A DNA stretch of 64,000 nt from an uncultured bacterium. GTDB lineage: Bacteria; Fidelibacterota; Marinisomatia; Marinisomatales; JABMOV01. The number at the start of each line of letters is the position of its first letter. The stretch's first letter is position 1. A program made the translations under genes and the position numbers. A model generated the notes under the pieces. The model was not told where the DNA came from and searched no databases. It saw only the letters and a list, made by a program, of their open reading frames with translations. The DNA is taken from positions 71,790-135,789 of the forward strand of contig CAYFMT010000003.1 in NCBI GenBank assembly GCA_964344305.1, given 5' to 3'. This document shows positions 47,301 to 56,065 of the stretch, in pieces.

Positions 47301-47663
47301 AGCCCCATCAAATCCCAACCACATGATTGTATCAGACCCAGCAGGGATTGTACCTGCACTGGCAGGGTTGTAGAACACAACACGTGTTGTCATGTCTGAG
47401 AGCTGGTTGAATTCACCAACGAATTCTGTGTATTCCCCGGTGCTAATAGAGGTCATGGATATCCATGCAGGATCCAGTGATAAATCAAATTGGACGCCAC
47501 CTACTTCATCTGTTGGACTATTTATTACAACCGGAACCCAGATATCTTCCGTGTAGCCATCCACTTCTGTGTCAAGTACATCCAGTGTAACCTGACCCAT
47601 CGTGGGTACAAGCGCAAATAGTATGATCAGTGTCAGTGATAATTTCTTCCAGATAATCCTCAT
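44322..47663 (-). CDS. Large T9SS-sorted surface protein with several cohesin-like modules, a MAM/choice-of-anchor-J-like domain and FN3
   Basis: The track ORF starts at TTG 47678. ATG 47663 (MRIIWKKLSLTLIILFALV) has GGAGGGAG upstream. Cohesin-like signatures VGGVQFDLSLDP and VGGFQLDVKDFP, plus three further similar modules. C-terminal NYPNPFNPTTLIQYDL..VFDLMGRQV..AGVYLYQI..KMLYIK. Confidence 0.8.
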   Translation of the reverse strand: MRIIWKKLSLTLIILFALVPTMGQVTLDVLDTEVDGYTEDIWVPVVINSPTDEVGGVQFDLSLDPAWISMTSISTGEYTEFVGEFNQLSDMTTRVVFYNPASAGTIPAGSDTIMWLGFDGADVLSAVIDMSISGLVVSDGSGSLLASSGSAGGVQIGEVVSFDLGDAEADVLETVTIALDMENDGPVGGFQLDVKDFPNDLDFLSAATTTRTDGFTVETSEVATGTRILVYNTNNTDIAVGTGAVLTLDFEVHYNAFEGYVNVEIFEPVAVDGIGGSYWIAAADSGVVHVTPGYIEEPHNLEAVSGLDAQIPLMWDAPYGPIPESFGEDFEAGVIPDSWTMTTNSAIGWFVTADGSSDWWTIPPHTLYACSNDDAADDDGSVDYLITPSINAGGAQMITLNFESYFDGAYGQTAHIEVSTDGNNFTEVASITASAEWVNETVDLSGYAGTPQLYVAFHSNDNGGWSSGWAVDDISMNFSGAQIDRVVHFDFNELGQWVITADKADVVDQYPNGISYEMKVDWENPISPEPENASRELSGFNLYRSAGNNQSFSLLNTFGPDVTDYLDTDVSNSVDYYYYVTAEYTPGGESGPSNEVMATPLEWIELSISDGAALSGFTDTLDIYLENETEISFFYFEISDIPDYFIAEAILSTGRTSTWSLDVVDLPSGDMAITGISLGTSLAAGDGSICQIIVRGFSDEEGIATVDFTTASVLDLSNNEMPWTSEAGEFHVTIETQTLFFGHGIGDPGALIDVPFVLSSTQDIYGIQVFFSGTPNHITPYFLTPTDYIDFSSWTTSLSFVDGEVRLIMFDNTLQNPIPAGTGKLADITLLINGDTPPGTEIQLLPNINELVVSDINYLPMHTEVVESHLYAGTPEALFSIENVTAPDENNVVTFDVALDNTVPVFVFDVRMLDVPMNYTVLSMTPTGRFASGTMDGSSGEQEDGSFGALGYEFSTGIVPGDGSILSVQGQVAGDDNVLMYFDMVSAADINVQPLFSWKVGYGIMETGGVGVDDNDMTVIPEEFALHQNYPNPFNPTTLIQYDLKEKATVSISVFDLMGRQVRTLVNESQDAGHRYVKWDATDDYGREVSAGVYLYQIKAGQFTSTKKMLYIK

Positions 47664-47872
47664 GGACTCCCTCCACAACTATGTCTATTTGTAAAACCTT
47701 TGGTTTTCTGTAAAACCTTCTGAAATAATGAAGGCATTTTACCAGTATAATCGCTCTTAAGCAATAAATGAAAGTAATCATATTCTAGTCTAAATCCAGC
47801 AAAAAAATAAAGATCATACATAGCACTATAAAACTATGACCTAACGCACAAGATCACGGGATCACATGGACC

Positions 47873-50800
47873 CTAGGCCTGCGTATACCCTCTGCTTAGA
47901 TACTGTTCGAGTTTTTTATACTTTATGGTAATTTTTTCACCTGAAGGGCTAATGACCGTCACTTTTTCATTTCTGCCAATTTTTTCCTGTACAACAACTG
48001 GATTTCTGGTCTTTGATGCCTGTGCTGCTTCCTGTCGATTGTCACTTCCTCCGGCAAAACCCATACCCGAAGTGTCAGCATGCTGCACCTGCACATTTCG
48101 CACCTGGGGCTGTTTTTGTGTCAATGGGATTCCGGTTCCCTGAATCTGGGTACGGTATAGTCGCTGGATAGTCTGGGCATTCATATCAGATATCATCTCC
48201 TGAAACATTTGAAATCCTTCAGATTTGTACTCCAGGAGTGGGTTTTTTTGTCCGTAAGCCCTCAAGTTAATTCCTTCTCGCAATTGATCCATACCATATA
48301 AATGATCTTTCCATTTCTCATCGATAGTGCGCAGAATAACATATCGCTCAAACCCTCGCATGAAATCTTCAGGGACAAGCGATTCCCTGGCCTGATAGAC
48401 CCCGTGTGCTTCATCGATCAAATACTGTCTAACCTCATCAGGTTTTATATCCTGAATGGGTTTGACTTTTTCGATTGATTCACGTGACGCATCCACTAGA
48501 ATATGGGATGAAATTTTTTGCTGCAGACTGTCCCAGTCCCAGTTCTCTGGATGATCATGTTCGTATTGAGCCAATTCCTCATCAATAAATGATTCCATTA
48601 TCTCCAGAACAGTATCTTTCATGTTTTTACCATGAAGTGCTTGATCCCTGATATCATAAACCACTTGACGCTGCTGATTCATGACATCATCGTATTCCAA
48701 TAGGTGCTTTCTGATACCGAAATTCCGTCCTTCTACCTTCTTTTGTGCATTTTCAATCGCTCGTGTAACCATCCCATGGGTAATGACCTCGCCTTCCTCC
48801 AATCCCATCCTATCCATTACGGATGCAATGCGATCGCTGCTGAATAACCTCATGAGGTCGTCCTCAAGGGACAGGTAAAAACGTGATGAGCCCGGATCGC
48901 CCTGCCTGCCAGCTCGACCACGTAACTGAAGGTCAATCCTTCGGGATTCATGCCTCTCTGTTCCGATAATATGAAGTCCACCAAGCTCTTTGACTTCTGC
49001 TCCAAGTTTGATGTCAGTCCCTCGGCCAGCCATATTTGTTGCAATTGTCACACCTGAACGCTGGCCTGCTCTTGCGACAATCTCGGCTTCACTCTGATGC
49101 TGTTTTGCATTCAATACATTATGGGGGATTCCCCGTCTTTTCAGCATTCTGGAAAGCAATTCAGATACTTCAACTGTAATGGTACCGACAAGTGTCGGTT
49201 GACCATTTTTGTAACAATCAGCAATTTCATCAACCACCGCGTTGTACTTCTCTCGCTTTGTTTTATAGATGACATCATTCATGTCATTTCGGATCACGGA
49301 AACATTGGTTGGAATGACCGTTACGTCAAGATTATAAATAGATCCGAGTTCTTCTGCCTCTGTTTCCGCTGTTCCAGTCATCCCTGATAATTTATCATAT
49401 AACCTGAAATAATTCTGTATGGTGATGGTTGCGAGGGTCTGGGTTTCACGTTCAATGGATACATTTTCCTTCGCTTCCAGCGCCTGGTGAAGTCCGTCAC
49501 TATAACGCCTTCCAGGAAGTACACGACCAGTAAACTCATCCACAATAAGTACTTTGCCGTTCTGCACTACATAGTCCACGTCTTTCTCATATAGTGTATA
49601 AGCCCTCAGCAGTTGGTTAATGGTGTGGATTTTGCTGCTTCTTTCAGCATGAAGCTGATGTGCTTTTTCCTTTTCCTGTAGTCTTTCTGTATCGGTCAGG
49701 TCGGTTTTCTCATCAATATCATGCATGAGCTCAGCTATGTCTGGAATAATAAATGTTTCAGGATTATCCGGAGCCAGAACTTTTCTACCCTTGTCCGTGA
49801 TATCGATAATATGTGATTTCTCCTCAATGGAAAAAAACAGGTCCTCATCTACTTCATGCATACGTTTATCGCGCATGTATTCAGATTCAATTCCATGTGC
49901 CAATTGTTTGGTCCCAGATTCCTGGAATATTTTCATCAACTGTCTATGTTTTGGATACCCCCTGCTCGCCTGAAGTAACTTGTACCCTGCTTCTTTATCT
50001 TTGCCATCCTTAATCAGGTTTTCTGCTTCACGAACGAGATCAGAAACAAGGGAGTTTTGTTTTCGAACAAGGTTTTGAATCAATGGTCTTAATTCTTTTG
50101 ATTTGTTATCAGTTGGCGTGTCAACAGCACCAGAAATGATAAGTGGTGTTCGAGCTTCATCAATCAGAACACTGTCCACCTCATCCACAATGGCAAAAGA
50201 ATGACCGCGCTGAACCTGATCCTCTGGAGAAAGGGACATATTATCGCGCAGATAATCGAAGCCAAACTCATTATTGGTTCCATAGGTAATATCTTTTTTA
50301 TACTCTTCTCTCCGCTGTGAATTATCCATGTTATTGAGTATAAATCCCACAGATAAGCCCAACCGTTTATAAACTTCTCCCATCCATTCCGCATCACGCT
50401 GTGCCAGGTAATCATTGACGGTAATAACATGGACCCCCCTGCCTGTTAATGCATTCAGGTAAATGGGTAATGTCGCCACGAGCGTCTTTCCCTCACCCGT
50501 CTTCATTTCAGCCACTTTTCCATTGTGGAGAACAATGGACCCAATGAGCTGTACATCGTATGGAACCATGTCCCAGGTGATGGTTTGCCCAACGCATTTC
50601 CAGGATGATCCAACCATTCGACGGCAAGTTTCCTTTACAATAGCAAATGCCTCAGGAAGGATACTGTCGAGCGTTTCCTGCTCAGAAAGAAGTAATCGCT
50701 TACTGGTTTCATCCTTATCCCAGCCCTTTTCATCCGCTTCCTTTTCCAGGGATGCCCATTTATCCTGAAGTAAGGTCCTGAATTCCTGGGTACGATTGAC

Positions 50801-50929
50801 CAGATCCTCATCTGTTTTTGACTCCAGGGTTTTGTAAACATCATTGATCTCCTCGACCAGTGGATAGAGAGATTTCACCTCCCTGTCTGACTTCGTACCA
50901 AAGATCTTTTTTAATATTGCCTGTACCAT
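47873..50929 (-). CDS. secA: Preprotein translocase ATPase SecA
   Basis: 1018 aa. MKTGEGKTLVATLP (Walker A), VDEVDSVLIDEARTPLIISG, TNMAGRGTDIKLG, GRAGRQGDPGSS. Confidence 0.97.
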   Translation of the reverse strand: MVQAILKKIFGTKSDREVKSLYPLVEEINDVYKTLESKTDEDLVNRTQEFRTLLQDKWASLEKEADEKGWDKDETSKRLLLSEQETLDSILPEAFAIVKETCRRMVGSSWKCVGQTITWDMVPYDVQLIGSIVLHNGKVAEMKTGEGKTLVATLPIYLNALTGRGVHVITVNDYLAQRDAEWMGEVYKRLGLSVGFILNNMDNSQRREEYKKDITYGTNNEFGFDYLRDNMSLSPEDQVQRGHSFAIVDEVDSVLIDEARTPLIISGAVDTPTDNKSKELRPLIQNLVRKQNSLVSDLVREAENLIKDGKDKEAGYKLLQASRGYPKHRQLMKIFQESGTKQLAHGIESEYMRDKRMHEVDEDLFFSIEEKSHIIDITDKGRKVLAPDNPETFIIPDIAELMHDIDEKTDLTDTERLQEKEKAHQLHAERSSKIHTINQLLRAYTLYEKDVDYVVQNGKVLIVDEFTGRVLPGRRYSDGLHQALEAKENVSIERETQTLATITIQNYFRLYDKLSGMTGTAETEAEELGSIYNLDVTVIPTNVSVIRNDMNDVIYKTKREKYNAVVDEIADCYKNGQPTLVGTITVEVSELLSRMLKRRGIPHNVLNAKQHQSEAEIVARAGQRSGVTIATNMAGRGTDIKLGAEVKELGGLHIIGTERHESRRIDLQLRGRAGRQGDPGSSRFYLSLEDDLMRLFSSDRIASVMDRMGLEEGEVITHGMVTRAIENAQKKVEGRNFGIRKHLLEYDDVMNQQRQVVYDIRDQALHGKNMKDTVLEIMESFIDEELAQYEHDHPENWDWDSLQQKISSHILVDASRESIEKVKPIQDIKPDEVRQYLIDEAHGVYQARESLVPEDFMRGFERYVILRTIDEKWKDHLYGMDQLREGINLRAYGQKNPLLEYKSEGFQMFQEMISDMNAQTIQRLYRTQIQGTGIPLTQKQPQVRNVQVQHADTSGMGFAGGSDNRQEAAQASKTRNPVVVQEKIGRNEKVTVISPSGEKITIKYKKLEQYLSRGYTQA

Positions 50930-51370
50930 TTATCCATCAAGTTCTTTTTGTTCATTCATTTCTCTGTATACCGCATCCAGGATTCCATTGATGAACCCGG
51001 GACTCTCATCACTACTGTACTCCCTTGCAATTTCTATGGCCTCTGCAATGGACACTTTTGGTGGAACAGATTCCATCAAGTAAATTTCACAAATAGCCAA
51101 CATCAAGATAAGCCGATCCAGCCTGGCAACCCGTTCAAACCGCCAGTTCTCAAGGAATTTCTGTATTTTCTCTTCAGCCCAGGCCTGATGGTCCAACGTC
51201 TTCGAAAATAAGTCCGATACAAACTGACTATTTTTGTTATCAAAGTCGTATCGTTCAAGAATGTCCTCCAGAACTTTTTCTGCATCATCCTGGGATATTT
51301 CCAGGGCAAAAAGAGCCTGGAGGACAGCCTCTCGCGCAATTCGTCTGGGATGCTTATTAGACGTTGTCAC
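50930..51370 (-). CDS. nusB: Transcription antitermination factor NusB
   Basis: 146 aa. RRIAREAVLQALFALE...; typical NusB length; abuts the secA start. Confidence 0.9.
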   Translation of the reverse strand: MTTSNKHPRRIAREAVLQALFALEISQDDAEKVLEDILERYDFDNKNSQFVSDLFSKTLDHQAWAEEKIQKFLENWRFERVARLDRLILMLAICEIYLMESVPPKVSIAEAIEIAREYSSDESPGFINGILDAVYREMNEQKELDG

Positions 51371-52469
51371 GCTTGCTCATGGTATTCTTCCGTGGAAGAT
51401 ACACATTTTTCAGTTTTGCCAGGTCTTCCATTCTTTTTTCTGCTACCCGGTTCCCAGCAATATGCGTTGGAATATTTTCTTCGTCAGATACTTTAAATAT
51501 CTTCAGCAGCGTATCGTACACACCATCTGCCTGACTGAAAGCCCGTTCGCGATTATAGCCTTCAATTTCATTAGCAACATTGATCAATCCACCACTGTTG
51601 ATGGCATAATCAGGGGCATATAGGATTCCCTTATCCTTCACTTTTTGGCCATGATCAGATTCATTTTCAAGCTGATTGTTTGCTGCACCAGCAATGATGG
51701 AGCATTTCAGCTGATTTAGTGTTTTATCATTAATGGTTGCACCGAGTGCACAAGGAGCATAGATATCCACATCAAGACCATAGATTTCATCCAGTTCAAC
51801 CACTGTGGCTCCGAATTCATTTTTAACCGCTTCAAGTGATGCCTTGTCTACATCAGAAACATAGAGTTCAGCGCCACTATCATGCAAATGTTTGCAGAGA
51901 TGATATCCTACATGCCCAACCCCTTGAACAGATACTTTTAAACCAGTAAGACTACCCTTTCCAAGTTGATGTTTTACAGCAGCCTGCATACCGACAAATA
52001 CACCGTAAGCCGTCACAGGTGATGGATCACCGCTTCCGCCAAGTGCCCTTGAGATACCCGTTACATATTGGGTTTCCATTCGAACCCATTCCATGTCCCG
52101 GACACTTGTACCCACATCTTCTGCAGTGATATATCTTCCACCTAATCCTTCAATAAATCTTCCAAATGAACGGAAAAGCAGTTCCGATTTCTCCGTCTTT
52201 GCATCACCAATGATAATGGATTTTCCACCACCAAGATTCAGACCGGCGAGGGCAGCCTTGTAGCTCATTCCCCTTGATAATCGAAGGACATCCCGCATGG
52301 CTTCCTGTTCTGTTGCATATGGAAGCATGCGACACCCCCCCAGTGCAGGTCCTATGGTCGTATCATGAATGGCAATAATGGATTTCAGTCCTGTATCTGG
52401 ATCATTACAAAATACCACCTGTTCGTGGCTCTTCTTGTTCATGGATTGAAACACGTCTGACATGATCAT
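51357..52469 (-). CDS. ldh: Leucine (Glu/Leu/Phe/Val-family) dehydrogenase
   Basis: 370 aa. IIAIHDTTIGPALGGCRM, catalytic-Lys block LNLGGGKSIIIGD, Rossmann VQGVGHVGYHL. Confidence 0.85.
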   Translation of the reverse strand: MIMSDVFQSMNKKSHEQVVFCNDPDTGLKSIIAIHDTTIGPALGGCRMLPYATEQEAMRDVLRLSRGMSYKAALAGLNLGGGKSIIIGDAKTEKSELLFRSFGRFIEGLGGRYITAEDVGTSVRDMEWVRMETQYVTGISRALGGSGDPSPVTAYGVFVGMQAAVKHQLGKGSLTGLKVSVQGVGHVGYHLCKHLHDSGAELYVSDVDKASLEAVKNEFGATVVELDEIYGLDVDIYAPCALGATINDKTLNQLKCSIIAGAANNQLENESDHGQKVKDKGILYAPDYAINSGGLINVANEIEGYNRERAFSQADGVYDTLLKIFKVSDEENIPTHIAGNRVAEKRMEDLAKLKNVYLPRKNTMSKRDNV

Positions 52470-52479
52470 TCCTTTCAGG

Positions 52480-53616
52480 TTAATCGTATTCTTTTAATAA
52501 CTCGCGTGCAATGACCAATTCCTGGATTTCACTGGTCCCTTCATAGATCTGTGTGATTTTTGCATCTCTCATCAGTCGTTCGACACCTGTTTCCTGCATG
52601 TACCCATATCCCCCATGAATCTGGACACATTCCCTGGAAGCATCTACCGCTGTCTGTGATGCAAAGAGTTTGGCCATTGCAGCTTCTTTTGAAAATGGTA
52701 CGTGGTTATCTTTCATTCCGGCTGCACGATGAATCAACAACCGTGCTGCTTCCACATTCGTTCCCATGGTGGCGATTTTTGATTGGATGGCACCAAATTC
52801 ACCGATGGGTTTACCAAATTGTTTGCGTTCCTTTGCATATGATACACTTTTTTCAAGTGCTGCCTGAGCAATACCCAGTGCCTGTGAGGCAATTCCTATT
52901 CGACCGCCATTTAGAGTGTTCATGGCTACACGGAACCCATGTCCCGGGTCACCAATCATGTTTTTCGCAGGAACACGGCAATTGTCAAAATAGAGTTCAC
53001 AGGTATCCGAACCACGGATTCCAAGTTTGTTCTCCTTTTCTCCTGTTGCAAAACCGGGTGTTCCCTTTTCTACAATAAAAGTGGAAATTCCTTTATACCC
53101 CACACCCTTTTCCGTAATGGCAAATACCAGAACTAGATCAGATGTTATGCCGTTAGTTACCCAGTTCTTCGTTCCATTGAGAATATAATGGTCGTCATCT
53201 TTTTCGGCGGTCGTTCTCATGTTGCTGGCATCAGAACCGGATTGGGGTTCACTTAAACTGAATGCTCCCAGCATTTCACCTGAAGCCAGTTTTGTCAAAT
53301 AATACTTTTTTTGACTTTCATTTGCCCAATCGAGGAAAATTTGACACACAAGGGAATTATTCACTGACATGACCACTGCGGCCGATGCATCTACACGTGA
53401 AATTTCTTCCATGGCAATTACGTAACTCAAGGCATCCATCCCTGCACCATTCCACTGCTCAGGAACCATGACTCCCATGAAACCAAGTTCTCCCATCATG
53501 GTGATCTGGTCCTTTGGGAATGTTGCCGTATCATCCCTTTCGATTACTCCAGGACTTAGATGGTCCATAGCGAATTCACGGGCAGTTTGTTTGATGAGAC
53601 TATGTTCTTCTTTCAT
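52480..53616 (-). CDS. Acyl-CoA dehydrogenase (short/branched-chain type)
   Basis: 378 aa. LSEPQSGSDA, WVTNG, C-terminal QIYEGTSEIQELVIAR. Confidence 0.9.
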   Translation of the reverse strand: MKEEHSLIKQTAREFAMDHLSPGVIERDDTATFPKDQITMMGELGFMGVMVPEQWNGAGMDALSYVIAMEEISRVDASAAVVMSVNNSLVCQIFLDWANESQKKYYLTKLASGEMLGAFSLSEPQSGSDASNMRTTAEKDDDHYILNGTKNWVTNGITSDLVLVFAITEKGVGYKGISTFIVEKGTPGFATGEKENKLGIRGSDTCELYFDNCRVPAKNMIGDPGHGFRVAMNTLNGGRIGIASQALGIAQAALEKSVSYAKERKQFGKPIGEFGAIQSKIATMGTNVEAARLLIHRAAGMKDNHVPFSKEAAMAKLFASQTAVDASRECVQIHGGYGYMQETGVERLMRDAKITQIYEGTSEIQELVIARELLKEYD

Positions 53617-53620
53617 GACC

Positions 53621-54805
53621 TTACGCCACTCGCTTGATTATAAGTGCTGATGCTTCACCACCACCAATGCACAGTGTCGCCAATCCCAATTCAGATTTTG
53701 TTTTTTCCATACTGTGTACAAGTGTGGTAAGGATACGTGCGCCGGATGCGCCAATGGGATGTCCTATGGCAATGGCTCCTCCATGAATGTTGACTTTTGT
53801 AACATCCAGGTTTAAATCATCTATGGCGACCATGGCGACAGGAGCAAATGCCTCATTTATTTCCCACAGATCAATATCATCCGCTCGCAATCCTGCTTTG
53901 TTCATTGCTTTATTTACGGCTAAGACCGGAGCGGTTGTAAACCATTCGGGTTCCTGTGCCGCTGAGGCCTGTGAAATGATCTGAAAGATGGGATTATTGC
54001 CTGTTACCGATTCACGGGACTGCACAAGAATGGCTGCTGCACCATCATTTATTTTTGATGCATTGGCGGCGGTAATCGTGCCATCTTTTTCAAACGCTGG
54101 TCTTAATGCAGGCATTTTATCGAAATTGGCTCGACCCGGTTCCTCGTCAGTATCAATGAAGAAAGGGTCTCCTTTGCGCTGTTTGACTTCCACCGCTGTA
54201 ATCTCATGAATAAATGCATCCTGCGACTGCGCTGTCATGGCTTTTTCATAGGATGATTTTGCAAATGCATCCTGGTCTTCTCTGGAATAGTGGCGATCTC
54301 TGGCACATATTTCAGCACAATTTCCCATATGGATATTGTTGTATACATCCCATAATCCATCTTTAATCATGGAGTCTTGAATTTCACCATGCCCCAGACG
54401 ATAACCGGTTCGTGCCTTGGGCAGGATATACGGTGCCTGCGTCATGTTTTCCATGCCACCTGCAATGATAATATCTGCGTCTCCAGCCTGAATGGATTGA
54501 GCAGCTAACATCACCGACTTTAAACCTGATCCACACATTTTATTTATGGTCAGGCATTCAACAGTATTAGGAATTCCAGCGCCAAGTGCAGCCTGTCGAG
54601 CCGGTGCCTGACCGAGCCCGGATGCGAGCACGTTGCCCATGATGACTTCCTGGATCGAAGCAGGATCAATGTCTGATGAATCCAGGACAGCCCGAATGGC
54701 AATGGACCCAAGTCGAGGGGCAGAAATGGTTGACAGGGTACCTTGAAATGACCCAACTGGAGTCCGTTTTGCGGATGAAATAACAACATCACGAAGGGAT
54801 GACAT
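53621..54805 (-). CDS. Acetyl-CoA C-acetyltransferase (thiolase II)
   Basis: NKMCGSGLKSV (nucleophilic Cys), NIHGGAIAIGHPIGASGARIL, CIGGGEASAL. I moved the start to ATG 54805 (MSSLRDVVI), which has AGGAAGGA ~7 nt upstream. The track's 37-aa N-terminal extension has no thiolase counterpart. Confidence 0.9.
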   Translation of the reverse strand: MSSLRDVVISSAKRTPVGSFQGTLSTISAPRLGSIAIRAVLDSSDIDPASIQEVIMGNVLASGLGQAPARQAALGAGIPNTVECLTINKMCGSGLKSVMLAAQSIQAGDADIIIAGGMENMTQAPYILPKARTGYRLGHGEIQDSMIKDGLWDVYNNIHMGNCAEICARDRHYSREDQDAFAKSSYEKAMTAQSQDAFIHEITAVEVKQRKGDPFFIDTDEEPGRANFDKMPALRPAFEKDGTITAANASKINDGAAAILVQSRESVTGNNPIFQIISQASAAQEPEWFTTAPVLAVNKAMNKAGLRADDIDLWEINEAFAPVAMVAIDDLNLDVTKVNIHGGAIAIGHPIGASGARILTTLVHSMEKTKSELGLATLCIGGGEASALIIKRVA

Positions 54806-55062
54806 GTACATGTCCTTCCTGTTTAGGTTTGGGATGGGAATTGGTATAAACAGGTTTTCCTGGTTGGATAGGAATATCCAATCCAGTTGAAAACCGGCAA
54901 GAAAACATATGTTCAATAAACGTGTACATCAGCAATACATCTACGTCGTATCCTGATAGAAATAATCCCTATCAGGGAACCATTTTAGCGAAGCAATAAG
55001 TTACCAATTATCCATGGTTAACATGAAAGCTTTTTCACGCTTTACCAGGTCATTTTTATCTG

Positions 55063-56001
55063 TTATCCGTTGGAATCATCGTAGGCACGAATAATATCGC
55101 GTACAAGCTGATGACGGACCACATCCGTTTCGGATAGAAAAGAGAAGCCGATGCCATCTATACCCTTTAAAACCGTCATTACCTGTTTTAACCCGGATTC
55201 CGTTTTCTTAGGAAGATCAATCTGAGTGATATCACCAGTAATAATGGCTTTTGAATTAACACCCAATCGTGTAAGAAACATCTTCATTTGCATGGATGTA
55301 GCATTCTGGGCTTCATCCAGAATGAGAAAGGCATTGTTTAACGTGCGTCCACGCATATAGGCTAATGGAATCACTTCTATGATATTTTTCTCCAGCAATG
55401 GTTTCAGTCGGGTCTTTGGCATTAAGTCTCCAAGTGCATCATACAATGGTGTTAAGTACGGATCCACTTTCTCACGAAGATCTCCAGGAAGAAATCCTAG
55501 ATTCTCACCAGCTTCCACGGCAGGGCGGCACAGAACAATCCTGTCAACCTCGTGGTTATCCAGTGCTGCTACCGCAAATGCCACTGCCAGGTATGTTTTA
55601 CCTGTCCCGGCAGGACCGATACTGAAAACAATATCATTACTCCTGACCATGGATACATAATGCTCTTGTCCCTCAGAACGGGGAATGATGGCTCCCTTCC
55701 TGCCATAATGTATGGTGTTGTCTGGTTGACCAGGTGTGTGGCCATTCTCAGCTTTTATAATCCCTGCCAGTCCTTTTACATCTTTTGGTGCCAGGCTGGA
55801 TTTCCGACTCAATGTTTGTGCCATTTCATGTAAAAGCTCGTGAACTGCCGATACAGAATCGTTAGAGCCATCAATTGTTACTGACTGTCCGCGTGCAATC
55901 ACCTTGACATTAAATGATTCCTCGATCAAATGCAAATGAGCGTCTGCCACTCCGAAGAGAATGGAGCAATCTATGCCCTTAAAATCAATTGTCTTTTTCA
56001 T
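55063..56001 (-). CDS. phoH: PhoH-family ATPase (YbeZ-like)
   Basis: 312 aa. Walker A GPAGTGKTYLAVA, LILDEAQN, ITGDITQIDLP. Confidence 0.9.
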   Translation of the reverse strand: MKKTIDFKGIDCSILFGVADAHLHLIEESFNVKVIARGQSVTIDGSNDSVSAVHELLHEMAQTLSRKSSLAPKDVKGLAGIIKAENGHTPGQPDNTIHYGRKGAIIPRSEGQEHYVSMVRSNDIVFSIGPAGTGKTYLAVAFAVAALDNHEVDRIVLCRPAVEAGENLGFLPGDLREKVDPYLTPLYDALGDLMPKTRLKPLLEKNIIEVIPLAYMRGRTLNNAFLILDEAQNATSMQMKMFLTRLGVNSKAIITGDITQIDLPKKTESGLKQVMTVLKGIDGIGFSFLSETDVVRHQLVRDIIRAYDDSNG

Positions 56002-56065
56002 TCCAATCCAGTTATGGTATTTTTCATATTGAATTTACATCATTCTACGACGGAAAATACAACAG

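Noticed and set aside
44137-47872. tRNA-Leu followed by a large surface-protein gene as a possible tRNA-targeted genomic island
   Set aside because: I found no integrase, no direct repeat of the tRNA 3' end, and no obvious compositional change by eye. The cargo gene has its own clean terminator and resembles the other T9SS cargos elsewhere in the window.
54952-54976. Hairpin CCTGATAG-N9-CTATCAGG downstream of phoH, and a 6-bp hairpin at 58010-58026 between the CBS gene and aspS
   Set aside because: The stems are short and lack a proper U-tract, so they may be weak terminators. The evidence is insufficient to list them as features.
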